32,000 nt of DNA, taken from positions 3,120,001 through 3,152,000 of the forward strand of contig NZ_CP064923.1 in assembly GCF_018336915.1 (NCBI RefSeq), written 5' to 3'. Below the pieces are notes generated by a model. It did no database searches and had not been told where the DNA came from. It was given only the letters and a program-made list of their open reading frames with translations. The position numbers and the translations under genes are program-made. Source of the DNA: Acaryochloris marina S15. Lineage in GTDB: Bacteria > Cyanobacteriota > Cyanobacteriia > Thermosynechococcales > Thermosynechococcaceae. Of this stretch, positions 16,579 to 25,463 are shown piece by piece. Within the stretch, counting starts at the first letter, position 1. Each line of letters opens with the position of its first letter.

Positions 16579-17736
16579 TTGCTACTCGTTCGAATGAAAG
16601 AGCTACAAGAAATCATTCCTTTTGTCATTCAAGCCGATCATCAAGATCCGTCCATTATTGTAGCGACTGTATTGCAGGCAGAAGAATCAAGCTACTGCAA
16701 GCCTGGAACTCGGATCCTATTAACCAAAACAGACCAAACCATTAAGGCAATTTGTGAGGATTATATTGATCAAAAAATTATTGACCAAGTTAAACAACTG
16801 GTTCAGATCAATGCCAGCCTTCAAGTATACCGATATCATGTCGATTGCCCCCATAAACTGAATAAAACAAGCTCTCAGGGCGGAACTACAATTTTACTGG
16901 AGCCTCTCAATAGCCGATCGACTAGAGCTCAGTTTGATTTTATCGCCGAATGTTATAGCGAGAACCAATCTGGGGCAATCGCTACCGTTTTTACAGTAGA
17001 AGGGGCTATTCCTGCCCAAATCGCCTCCCGATTATTTCTCAAAATGGATGGTTCAGTAGCCAATCAAATTGGGGACCATTTTCTCACCAATCTCATTTTT
17101 CAAGATACCGTCAAGATACTGGCAGCGGGGCAAACTCGGACCAGAAGTTATCCCTTTATTGACGGTTATGTTCAAGCCCTGATCGAAGTCATTACTCCTC
17201 CCATCCAGCTCTATATCTTTGGCATTACACCTTACACCTCTCCCATTACACTCCTTGCCAAACAGTTGGGGTGGACCGTGGTCATCATTGAGCATCCATC
17301 ACGAGAGATTAAACTCAACCATTTCCCAGAGGCGGATCATATTCTGAAAGTAGATACCCAGGATCTGCCCAAACAAATTCAGCTCTCGTCTTATTCAGCT
17401 GCTGTTGTAATGACAGGAAACTTTGAGCAGGATTTGGCGATAGTAAAGTTTCTATGGTCTAGTGCCATAGGCTATTTAGGTATCCCTGGCACCAAAGCAA
17501 GAGCGCAACAACTGATTCAAGGGCTGCAGGGTGGGGGCACACTTACAACTCAACAACTCAATCGGCTGCATGGTCCCATCGGCCTAGATATCGGTGCAGA
17601 AACGCCCAGTGAAATCGCTTTAGCGATAGTGTCTGAGATCCAGGCCGTTGTTAAACATCGCACTGGCTCGTTTTTACGAGAACAGCAAAACTCGATCCAT
17701 GATTCTGTTCCTGATTTGATTTCCCTGATCAAATAA
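16579..17736 (+). CDS. XdhC/CoxI-family protein (molybdoenzyme maturation accessory factor family)
   Basis: The track start is TTG 16579; ATG 16594 (MKELQEI...) is more likely. XdhC_CoxI N-domain: IIVATVLQAEESSYCKPGTRILL. Rossmann-like C-domain: LYIFGITPYTSPITLLAKQLGWTVVIIE...GPIGLDIGAETPSEIALAIVSEI. Confidence 0.85.
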   Translation: MLLVRMKELQEIIPFVIQADHQDPSIIVATVLQAEESSYCKPGTRILLTKTDQTIKAICEDYIDQKIIDQVKQLVQINASLQVYRYHVDCPHKLNKTSSQGGTTILLEPLNSRSTRAQFDFIAECYSENQSGAIATVFTVEGAIPAQIASRLFLKMDGSVANQIGDHFLTNLIFQDTVKILAAGQTRTRSYPFIDGYVQALIEVITPPIQLYIFGITPYTSPITLLAKQLGWTVVIIEHPSREIKLNHFPEADHILKVDTQDLPKQIQLSSYSAAVVMTGNFEQDLAIVKFLWSSAIGYLGIPGTKARAQQLIQGLQGGGTLTTQQLNRLHGPIGLDIGAETPSEIALAIVSEIQAVVKHRTGSFLREQQNSIHDSVPDLISLIK

Positions 17737-17777
17737 CTCCATGCAATTAATCATCAGAGTTGAGTCTCCTTCACATC

Positions 17778-18461
17778 TCAATCTGGAGGTGCTGCATCAG
17801 GATCAGGGGTTTGTTCTGGAATAGGGTTGGGTGGGACAGAGGTAGAGTCACAATCACACACCAAACTTTCTAGGAGTCCAGTTGCGATCGCAGCACCGGA
17901 TTCCACCGAAGGGGCAAACCGACTAACAAGCCGATCAATCTGGCCTGCGGTTCGGACTAACTTGACGCCATCAATCGTCATTTCAGCCAGAGGATACTTT
18001 TCCAGAAACTCCAACAGGGAAATCTGACCATCATCGCTCAAGGACTGAATCACCCCTGACCGAAGGGCTTGAATATTGGCCACTCGACCTGGAGTTCGAA
18101 AAATCTGGCCTGCTTGAAACAATGCATATTCCCCAGGCAATAGGTAGAGCAACCGATCGGCCAATCTAAGGCTAATTTTCACATCTTGAGCTAGAAACCG
18201 CCGGACGACGTTGGGATCTTGATCGGCAGCATTCAAGAAAAACTTGAGTTTAGAAGTGGCTTTACCTGTTTCAGCAAAAGTCTTGAGTTCTTTTACCGTT
18301 AGAGATTGACCAAATGGCCCATAGGTAAATTTAATCTTGGTAGCCCCCAGGGCAGTTTCGGCCTGAAGAACCAGGGCAGACAAGGTACAAATAGAACCCA
18401 GCCCCATCCAGATCACCATGTTCCGCAACCTTCGTAGACCTGTCATTGATGTTGATGCCAT
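17778..18461 (-). CDS. Secreted stand-alone DUF1400 protein (paralog A)
   Basis: N-terminal signal/TM. The DUF1400-like core (IKFTYGPFGQSLTVKELKTFAETGKATSKLKFFL...) matches the domain normally found N-terminal to cyanobacterial alpha/beta hydrolases. Ends in LVCDCDS (CDCD = 17847-17858) plus a Pro-rich tail. Confidence 0.75.
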   Translation of the reverse strand: MASTSMTGLRRLRNMVIWMGLGSICTLSALVLQAETALGATKIKFTYGPFGQSLTVKELKTFAETGKATSKLKFFLNAADQDPNVVRRFLAQDVKISLRLADRLLYLLPGEYALFQAGQIFRTPGRVANIQALRSGVIQSLSDDGQISLLEFLEKYPLAEMTIDGVKLVRTAGQIDRLVSRFAPSVESGAAIATGLLESLVCDCDSTSVPPNPIPEQTPDPDAAPPD

Positions 18462-18524
18462 AGTAAGGTCCCAAATTGAGAGAGCTGGATTAATCAGGGA
18501 AATACTTAACTGCGTCCAATCACC

Positions 18525-19241
18525 CTATTTTGTCTCGATCAGGACAGCTTTTTCAGTCGGCTCCAGGTGATTACATTTCTCAGAGGAATGACGGTCGATT
18601 GCGGCATCTGCAGACTGATATTGCTTGCTGGTGGCATCCACTTCTGGTTCTGCCGCAGATTTAGCGGTATCACAGTCACAAACTAAATCTTGCAAAACCC
18701 CTTTAGCCACTTCTAGGGCAGGGAGTACCCGCTCCACAAAACCGCGAACATCCTGATAGGTCCCTTCCAAACGGGTTAGATCAAGCTGAATTTGGGTTTG
18801 GGGATGCTTGGCAATCAGTTCAATAAAGGAAACCCGGTTGTCAGCAATGGAATCTAAAACAGCGGTGCGAATTTCCGCTAAATCCCTTTCAGTGCTACCA
18901 GAAGCACTACTAATGGCATCATCCAATTTCAATAGCAAAAAATCACCATTCGATCCTTCGATGAAGCGTTCGACAAACTTGGGAATTTTGATTTCTTCTT
19001 TTAAGAGAGTTTGAACAACATTCGGTACCCGGGCATCCGTCCCTAGCAACTTTTGCAAATCAGTAGGCATCTCCCCCGTATCGGCAAACCGATCTAAGTC
19101 TTGTCGAGTCACTGTTGCTTCCTCTGACTTATAGCGAACAATGATGCTCTCAGAAGCCTGTCCTAAGTCTGCACAGGAAAAGCTTACGAGGGTGGCAAAC
19201 ATCATTCCCAAAGGCACGGGGATTGAGCGTTGGAATAACAT
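18525..19241 (-). CDS. Secreted stand-alone DUF1400 protein (paralog B)
   Basis: N-terminal signal. Same domain layout as paralog A (IIVRYKSEEATVTRQDLDRFADTGEMPTDLQKLL...). Ends in LVCDCDT (CDCD = 18669-18680) plus an acidic low-complexity tail. Confidence 0.75.
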   Translation of the reverse strand: MLFQRSIPVPLGMMFATLVSFSCADLGQASESIIVRYKSEEATVTRQDLDRFADTGEMPTDLQKLLGTDARVPNVVQTLLKEEIKIPKFVERFIEGSNGDFLLLKLDDAISSASGSTERDLAEIRTAVLDSIADNRVSFIELIAKHPQTQIQLDLTRLEGTYQDVRGFVERVLPALEVAKGVLQDLVCDCDTAKSAAEPEVDATSKQYQSADAAIDRHSSEKCNHLEPTEKAVLIETK

Positions 19242-19412
19242 AGAATCCTCCTTGAGAAATCAAATAAAGATGCAATGAACCAAAGCACCTTCAGGCAAAC
19301 CCAGCACAACATGTCATGATTTGCTTTATTTTCCGAGGCGCTCGCTTCTCTTGTAAATGCATCCATGTAAATATTTACAGGAGTTTTGAACCTTAAACTG
19401 TTCAGAGAATGA

Positions 19413-20303
19413 GTGCTTTCTCGTCCCCTTCCTTCTATACCTATGAATGCTCCTGCCCAAATTCCAGCCTGGACTCTTCGTAATCACACCTTCGCTTGGG
19501 GAACTCGTACCTATTTAATGGGAATTTTGAACGTTACCCCGGATAGTTTCAGTGATGGTGGCCAATTTAACTCCCAATCTGCAGCCCTATCACAGGCCCA
19601 TCATCTTATAGAAGCCGGTATCGACATTCTCGATATTGGGGGTCAATCCACTCGTCCTCAAGCCATTGAAATTGCTGAGGGCGAGGAATTGGCTCGGGTC
19701 ATTCCCGTCATCAAAGCCATCCGGTCGGAACTAGACGTTCCCATTTCGGTGGATACCACACGAGCCTCCGTAGCAGCGGCTGCGATCGCAGCCGGAGCCG
19801 ATCTCGTCAATGATGTCTCTGGTGGCATTCACGATCCACAGATGCTGTTGACCGTTGCCAATCTGAACGTTCCGATTATTTTGATGCATAGGCGAGGCAC
19901 ACCTCAAACCATGCAGCAATTCACAAACTATGAGAACTTGATTCAGGACATTATTGATTTCTTGAAACAGCAAATTGATGCTGCCCTGGCCGCAGGTATC
20001 TCTAAAGATTCCCTGGCGATCGATCCAGGCATTGGGTTTGCTAAAACCGGGCCTCAGAATTTAGCATTGCTGCGCCAAATCGCCCAATTTCAAGTCTTAG
20101 GCTGTCCGATTTTGGTGGGACCTTCCCGTAAAAGCTTTATTGGTCACATCTTGAATCAGCCGGATCCACAACAACGAGTATGGGGCACTGCTGCCGCCTG
20201 TTGTGCAGCCATTCAAGGTGGAGCGGACATCCTGCGCATTCATGATGGAGCAGCCATGGGAGAGGTTTGCCAGGTGGCAGATGCAATTTGGCGAACTGTG
20301 TGA
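19413..20303 (+). CDS. folP: Dihydropteroate synthase
   Basis: Pterin-binding domain motifs: LMGILNVTPDSFSDGG, ILDIGGQSTRP, ISVDT, VNDVSGG, IDPGIGFAKT, GPSRKSFIG, LRIHD. The track start is GTG 19413; ATG 19443 is plausible. Confidence 0.95.
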   Translation: MLSRPLPSIPMNAPAQIPAWTLRNHTFAWGTRTYLMGILNVTPDSFSDGGQFNSQSAALSQAHHLIEAGIDILDIGGQSTRPQAIEIAEGEELARVIPVIKAIRSELDVPISVDTTRASVAAAAIAAGADLVNDVSGGIHDPQMLLTVANLNVPIILMHRRGTPQTMQQFTNYENLIQDIIDFLKQQIDAALAAGISKDSLAIDPGIGFAKTGPQNLALLRQIAQFQVLGCPILVGPSRKSFIGHILNQPDPQQRVWGTAAACCAAIQGGADILRIHDGAAMGEVCQVADAIWRTV

Positions 20304-20395
20304 TCGATTAAAGTCCTTTTGTTAAGATTGACTTAGAGCGTCTCTGGCTTTTATTCTGAGACTAAAGTAAACTTTCTTAACATTTTCGGATCACC

Positions 20396-20560
20396 ATGAT
20401 TGAACCCAGCCGCGTTCCAAATCAAATTTCTTACAAGTTTGGATTCAACGACTTTGCAGAACGGTTTGGCGGTCGTGCTGCCATGATTGCATTTATTGCC
20501 GCTCTTATCTTTGAAGCCGTCACAGGCCAAGGAATTTTTTCTTACCTGGGTTTAGCCTAG
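20396..20560 (+). CDS. hli: High-light-inducible protein (HLIP/Scp, single-helix CAB family), 54 aa
   Basis: Below the ORF-track size cut-off. ATG 20396 to TAG 20558-20560 gives MIEPSRVPNQISYKFGFNDFAERFGGRAAMIAFIAALIFEAVTGQGIFSYLGLA. The AE..(N/G)GR.AM.(G/A)F motif followed by a TM helix is the chlorophyll-binding CAB signature. Confidence 0.8.
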   Translation: MIEPSRVPNQISYKFGFNDFAERFGGRAAMIAFIAALIFEAVTGQGIFSYLGLA

Positions 20561-20607
20561 TCTTCACCGCCTTCTACTGAGAAGTCTTCACATCCATACT
20601 CTCGATA

Positions 20608-20648
20608 ATCCTGAGCAGTGCCCTTTCGGCTTGTTCAGGATTGTTCTG
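20608..20648 (+). terminator. Candidate intrinsic terminator after the HLIP gene
   Basis: ATCCTGAGCA (20608-20617) pairs with TGTTCAGGAT (20632-20641) with one mismatch, followed by TGTTCTGT. Confidence 0.4.
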
Positions 20649-20720
20649 TATATTGACTGCAATCGGGAACGACTTATCCTATTGACCGCGTCTTAACTCT
20701 AAAGTTAACTGTCCCCAACT

Positions 20721-21209
20721 ATGGCCAACCTCTTTCTCTACTCAACCCTCGCCGCTTTACAAAGCAGCGTCCTCCTTCCCAGTCCTGCCCTCTCTTCAAA
20801 TATTCTGATCGCAAAAAAAGATAAAAAGCCGCCCGCTGCATTGGTAACGGAAGTAGAGATATTGAAAGAGAACTTTGCCGACACCTGGTTCTACACGCTA
20901 CGAGGCAGTTTAAAGAATCAGTCAGATGCCTCAATCTTGACCCCCTTGGTCTATTACGAAATTTATTCCGAAGAAACCGACAAGATCATTGAAGCAGGCA
21001 CAGCCGAAATTCAACCTAAGATCTTGACGGCGGGCAAAGCAGGCAGCTTTCAAAAAGAACTCAATACCGCTGGCAAAATCAGAATTACGTTGGTGCAGTG
21101 GCAGCAAGTCGACAAAGCCATTAAATCCCATAAACAGATGGAGTTCTTTCCCTTAGAAACTGGGGGGGCAGCTGCAGAGGAAGAACCCGGAAATCAACCG
21201 TCTCCCTAA
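20721..21209 (+). CDS. Hypothetical protein (162 aa)
   Basis: Clean ORF with an acidic C-terminal tail and a downstream terminator at 21311. No motif recognised. Confidence 0.5.
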   Translation: MANLFLYSTLAALQSSVLLPSPALSSNILIAKKDKKPPAALVTEVEILKENFADTWFYTLRGSLKNQSDASILTPLVYYEIYSEETDKIIEAGTAEIQPKILTAGKAGSFQKELNTAGKIRITLVQWQQVDKAIKSHKQMEFFPLETGGAAAEEEPGNQPSP

Positions 21210-21310
21210 TTCACGTTAAATCCTTGCTTGTTTCTCAGACTTTCATCAGCCAATACTCAGATTCCCTGTCTACTATCAAAGTAGATTAACTTCTCACACC
21301 AAGGAGTCTG

Positions 21311-21340
21311 CCCAGGGGAGCCATTCCCTGGGTTTCGTTG
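21311..21340 (+). terminator. Intrinsic terminator (CCCAGGG-8 nt-CCCTGGG-TTTCGTT)
   Basis: 7-bp GC-rich stem 21311-21317 / 21326-21332, followed by a T-rich run. Lies about 100 nt after the stop of the 162-aa ORF. Confidence 0.6.
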
Positions 21341-21510
21341 TAATCGCTAGAATTTCTTGATGAATGGATCTGTATGGGGAATATTGACCCTATAAAATTA
21401 AAATTAGCCTGATTTTTCTTCGATCAGCGTCACATTTTTGTCCTAACGACTGTCACTGCTTCTTGCCTAAGTCCTCCTTAGTGTATGAAGTATCGAATCA
21501 GGAAGCAGCC

Positions 21511-21786
21511 ATGAATACCGTCACTCATCCCCCTTCCATTTCATCCAACGCCCCAGTCAAAAGTATTTTTTCCAGTAAGACCTTTTGGGGAATCGCCTTT
21601 ACTACTGTTGCCGCCGTTGCCCCCATCGTCGGCAACAGCGTCGATGCAGGCAAAATTACGGGCAGCGATATTTCCCAAATGGTGGTGATTCTCTGTGGCA
21701 CAGGCGCAACGCTAGTGGGACGAATCGAAGCCGGGAATGTCTATACACCAGACCTAATGCCAGGTCCAAATAAGACTGATATGTAA
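21511..21786 (+). CDS. Small hypothetical membrane protein (91 aa from ATG 21511; the track begins at TTG 21463)
   Basis: AGGAAG lies 6 nt upstream of ATG 21511. Two hydrophobic segments: FWGIAFTTVAAVAPIVG and MVVILCGTGATLVG. Confidence 0.5.
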   Translation: MNTVTHPPSISSNAPVKSIFSSKTFWGIAFTTVAAVAPIVGNSVDAGKITGSDISQMVVILCGTGATLVGRIEAGNVYTPDLMPGPNKTDM

Positions 21787-21879
21787 ACGACTATAGGGCT
21801 CAGGCAGGCTTCCCCGCCAGCTCTTTGGAAATCTGTCCCCTTAAGATAAAGAAGGCTCATCTCAATCTCTTAGCGACCT

Positions 21880-22806
21880 ATGCTTCAAACCTTCTCCCTC
21901 AAGCTGTCCCTGATAGGGGTGCTGACGTTAACTCAGCTAATGGGATGTCAGTCTGAAGTGAAGCCATCATCTTTAACCTCAACCCGTTGCGAACAAGAGG
22001 GAGACTTCGTTTGGATTGAGGCCGGAAACTATATTTTAGGCAGCGATCGCCAAGAACGAGATTATGCATATCGCATCTCAGCAGCAGCTGCGGCCCAGCA
22101 ACCGGATAAGCGAGCCAAAGCTGAAGCCAGTTTACGCCAAAGGGGTTGGTTCGATGGAGAACCGGATCGGCAGGTGCGATCGCAACCCTCAGTTTGCATG
22201 GGCAAAAACCTGATCACCAATACTGAATATCAAGCCTTTGTGAAAGCAACGGGGCATCGAGCGCCTTTCATTTCTGCAGGTGATTATCAAAAACAAGGGT
22301 TTCTCGTCCATCCCTATGCCTCCGTCAAACCCTACCTTTGGCAAGATCAACGTTTTCCATCGGGCAAAGACCAGCATCCTGTCGTTTTAGTGTCTTACCC
22401 AGATGCCCAAGCCTTTGCCCAATGGCGAGGCCAACAAGATGGGCAATCCTATCGCTTACCCACTGCCTTGGAGTGGGAGCAAGCCGCCCGAGGTAACGAT
22501 GGCCGCTACTTCCCTTGGGGCAATGAATGGCAAGCCGATGCCACCAACTGGGCCAATCATGGCGGACTGCAAACGAGTGAGATCGCAACTTATCCCCTTA
22601 GCCGGAGCCCTGCCGGGGTAGAAGACATGGCGGGGAATGTCTTTGAATATACGTCTACCCTAACTCAACAGGTTATTCGCCAAACAGTCGTGATGAAGGG
22701 ATGCTCGTGGGATGACTCACCGGGCTTTTGCCGAGCGGCTTACCAACATTCCCGTCCCCAACATTCACACCATATTTTATTCGGCTTTCGCTTAGTCAAA
22801 GAATAA
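21880..22806 (+). CDS. Formylglycine-generating-enzyme family protein (FGE-sulfatase / SUMF1 domain), probably exported
   Basis: N-terminal signal ending LMGC (lipobox-like). FGE-type motifs: HPVVLVSYPDAQAFAQW, YRLPTALEWEQAARG, YPWGN, AGNVFEYT, KGCSWD, and C-terminal GFRLVKE. Confidence 0.9.
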   Translation: MLQTFSLKLSLIGVLTLTQLMGCQSEVKPSSLTSTRCEQEGDFVWIEAGNYILGSDRQERDYAYRISAAAAAQQPDKRAKAEASLRQRGWFDGEPDRQVRSQPSVCMGKNLITNTEYQAFVKATGHRAPFISAGDYQKQGFLVHPYASVKPYLWQDQRFPSGKDQHPVVLVSYPDAQAFAQWRGQQDGQSYRLPTALEWEQAARGNDGRYFPWGNEWQADATNWANHGGLQTSEIATYPLSRSPAGVEDMAGNVFEYTSTLTQQVIRQTVVMKGCSWDDSPGFCRAAYQHSRPQHSHHILFGFRLVKE

Positions 22807-22856
22807 AGGCTCTAGCACTCCAGCTCTACTTGATCTTGAACGAATCTGGAAGCGGC

Positions 22857-23231
22857 TTAAAACTCAGGGAGTTGAATCGATCGATCTTGAACCAATCGCT
22901 GGGAGTAGGGGATGGCATCCTTAATACAGTCTGCCAGGGTTGCATGAGTTCCAACGATTTGGGTTAATCCGGTCTTGTGGAGATTCTGAACCACATGGGA
23001 CTGAGGCGAATACAACATTAATCGCTTTCCTTGCCGATGGGAGATCCGAAAAGCGCCAAATAAAATACCTAAGCCTCCGCTATCTAAGCGCGTGACTTTT
23101 TCCAAATTGATTAGGATCACCTCAACCCGAGATTGAACCAGCTCATAGATATGCTGATAAAACACGTCTTGGGTTGTGGAAGTGAGATGTTGAGGGGGGT
23201 GAACAATACAGAAGCTCGGTAGTTGCTTCAC
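22857..23231 (-). CDS. STAS-domain protein (SpoIIAA-like anti-sigma-factor antagonist)
   Basis: VILINLEKVTRLDSGGLGILFGAFR contains the conserved D-S-x-G phospho-serine motif, and the size is typical at 124 aa. Confidence 0.8.
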   Translation of the reverse strand: MKQLPSFCIVHPPQHLTSTTQDVFYQHIYELVQSRVEVILINLEKVTRLDSGGLGILFGAFRISHRQGKRLMLYSPQSHVVQNLHKTGLTQIVGTHATLADCIKDAIPYSQRLVQDRSIQLPEF

Positions 23232-23627
23232 AATCGGTACCTGCTACAGACAGCAGTAGAGACAATCAAACCAAACCATTCGTCTATCTGTTGAGTTGTA
23301 GTGGCAGTCTACCAAACCTTGGTTCCTCACCTAAGTTTAGTGACAATGCTTAAACCTCCGCGATCAGTCTTTCGTTATCTGCCTTATTCAGACCCTCTAT
23401 ATTGGCCTCGTTGATGCTGGATGTTGACCCATCAAATTCCGGCAAATCCGCAAACAGTCTATTGTTGCAGACTTAGAGTTGATGCTACTGTGGTTCAACG
23501 TGAATATATTTGCTCATGGTGAAAGAAATTTGTTGGAAGTGACAACTATAGAGGTGGAACTGAGAAATCGAGCATCACTCTAGGTGATCTAACTTCAATT
23601 AAGGGTTTTCTGACTTTAACAAAACAC

Positions 23628-24359
23628 ATGGATATTGCAGACTGCTATCGCCTGCTACAACTTACTTCTAGAGCCAATTTAGAAGACCTCAAAGCCTCAT
23701 ACCGTCGGCTAGCAAGGCAATGGCACCCAGATATCAATCCGGGTGATGCACTCGCCCATGAGAAGTTTATTCAGGTCACCGAAGCTTATAAAACGCTCCA
23801 AAAAATTATTCCTCCTGCTCTAGATAACAGCACCGTTCCTGCATCTGTTCCACCCAGAACGGCAGCGAAGCCCCGCTCAGCCCCTTCAGTCAGAGTCTCA
23901 ACCCAGCCGACCAAACCTTCGCCCCCGCCCCCGCAACAGCCCCAGCGCCAGGCTCAACCCCAAGTATCTACTCCCAAACCAAGAGTAACTGTTGCCCAGC
24001 AGCCCGCCCCTCAGCCGAAACCCGCCTCTACGACAACCGCTAGAAAAACCCCTCTTTCACCTACAGAAATCAAGCTGAAGGTGGATTCTTACAAGCAACT
24101 TCAAGATTTAATTCAACGACAGAGATTCCCTAGAGCCGTTGCGCTCATTGAAGCCCTAGCCCAACGACTTCCTCAAGATGTGGAAGTAAGACAATGGCAG
24201 GCCATTATTTACCAATCTTGGGGACGTCAGCTGATACGTGAACGAAAACTCAATCAAGCTAGAGCCTATTTAAAGAAAGCTTTGAATACAGATCCTCACA
24301 ATAAAGCTCTTTGGGCTGAAATTGAGCTGGACTTTAAGAAAATAGAAATGGCTTTTTAA
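23628..24359 (+). CDS. J-domain protein with Pro/Gln-rich linker and TPR-like C-terminus
   Basis: J domain: DCYRLLQLTSRANLEDLKASYRRLARQWHPDINPGD (HPD tripeptide). Then a long P/Q/A-rich low-complexity segment and a C-terminal helical repeat (ARAYLKKALNTDPHNKALW). Confidence 0.85.
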   Translation: MDIADCYRLLQLTSRANLEDLKASYRRLARQWHPDINPGDALAHEKFIQVTEAYKTLQKIIPPALDNSTVPASVPPRTAAKPRSAPSVRVSTQPTKPSPPPPQQPQRQAQPQVSTPKPRVTVAQQPAPQPKPASTTTARKTPLSPTEIKLKVDSYKQLQDLIQRQRFPRAVALIEALAQRLPQDVEVRQWQAIIYQSWGRQLIRERKLNQARAYLKKALNTDPHNKALWAEIELDFKKIEMAF

Positions 24360-24660
24360 TATCCTATGCATTCCTGGTGGATGAAAAAGGTTGGGATGTT
24401 AGGAATTAAATATCATACTAATCTGCACTAACTAGATTTTGTACTACACCCATCACAAGAGACCTGTGATGTCTGGGCAAGTCGTTGTGATTTCAAGCCC
24501 CTTTTCTTAAGGGCAGCTATTCTACCGATCAAACCGGCCCTAGAACATGATCTAGCCCACACAAATTTGCAGATAATATCTCTATTGGTTTGTGGGATGC
24601 ATCGCTTAGAAGTTTATTGTTAAGTGTTTTCATAGAAGTATCTTATTAGAGGATATTTCC

Positions 24661-24783
24661 ATGAAACAGTTACTAGGTAGTCTAGCTATTTTCTCTACTC
24701 TGGTTTCTTCCCTTGGAGGGTTTGGCACTGAGGCTTTTGCCCAGTCCAATCGTTCAGTCCCCAATCGTAGAACGGTCCATTGA
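24661..24783 (+). CDS. Possible small secreted peptide precursor (40 aa)
   Basis: GAGGA lies 9 nt upstream of the ATG. MKQLLGSLAIFSTLVSSLGGFGTEAFA|QSNRSVPNRRTVH has a signal-peptide-like N-terminus with an AFA cleavage motif, then a double stop TGATAG. It is very short and has no homology support. Confidence 0.3.
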   Translation: MKQLLGSLAIFSTLVSSLGGFGTEAFAQSNRSVPNRRTVH

Positions 24784-25100
24784 TAGTCTAAGCTCTACCG
24801 TCTCAATGGTCATAACCTTTTCTTTCATTTTTAACCAACTAAAAGATTTTTTAGTTGTGGGAGTAGTGGCTCTTTCTCATTCTAAAAACGTTTTTTCGGC
24901 TAGTCTCTAGGTACCGATGATGACACCATCGGTCCTGGATATGTCGTTCAGCAGAGTCAGTTTCTGTCTGGTGGAAATATATTGGCCGCATAACCCTAGT
25001 TCAGCAAGACGATCCCAGGTCCAATTTTCAGCCTACTTCTACCCAATGGGCCTAATTTGAAAAGCAATTTGATTGATTGAACGGTAGATCATCAGGCCAA

Positions 25101-25139
25101 CGAGACTCAGTCTTAGTTAGACTGAGTCTCGTCTTTTGT
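25101..25139 (+). terminator. Strong intrinsic terminator (12-bp perfect stem CGAGACTCAGTC / GACTGAGTCTCG, 7-nt loop, then TCTTTTGT)
   Basis: Stem 25101-25112 / 25120-25131 checked by hand. A T-tract follows immediately. Confidence 0.75.
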
Positions 25140-25463
25140 ATCCGTTGTATAACAAATGTCAGCTTTCAATATATTTTCTCTCAATTAGTAAGAAATACGC
25201 ACATTTACTGATGGCAATCAACAAAGTTAGTTTCCGTCAATAGGTACATAATTTATATAATTATTTTTTCTATTTTGTATCGAAAGAAACGACATCTAAT
25301 CAAATTATTTGCCATAATTGAATCATAAGTTAACTAACAGTAAGTAATAGTAATGTTATTTATTAAGTATATTTATATCCTTTAGATTTCCCGTTCAAAT
25401 GGGCACTCTAAGAGCAATGCATTCATCTTCTCTACTCTTTTCAACAACAATAGCCTTCCTATC

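Noticed and set aside
16016-16600. Possible Moco riboswitch upstream of the XdhC-family gene
   Set aside because: I could not find the conserved GC-rich Moco-motif core helices. The region is almost uniformly AT-rich with no convincing multi-stem structure.
21880-22806. FGE-sulfatase/C-type-lectin-fold gene as a possible diversity-generating retroelement (DGR) target
   Set aside because: DGR variable proteins often use this fold. However, I found no reverse transcriptase gene, no template-repeat copy of the 3' end (22650-22806) elsewhere in the window, and no Asn-codon-rich variable region.
24713-24910. 65-aa plus-strand ORF after the mini-ORF
   Set aside because: It has a TTG/CTG-type start and no RBS, overlaps the better-supported 40-aa ORF in another frame, and its translation is low complexity.
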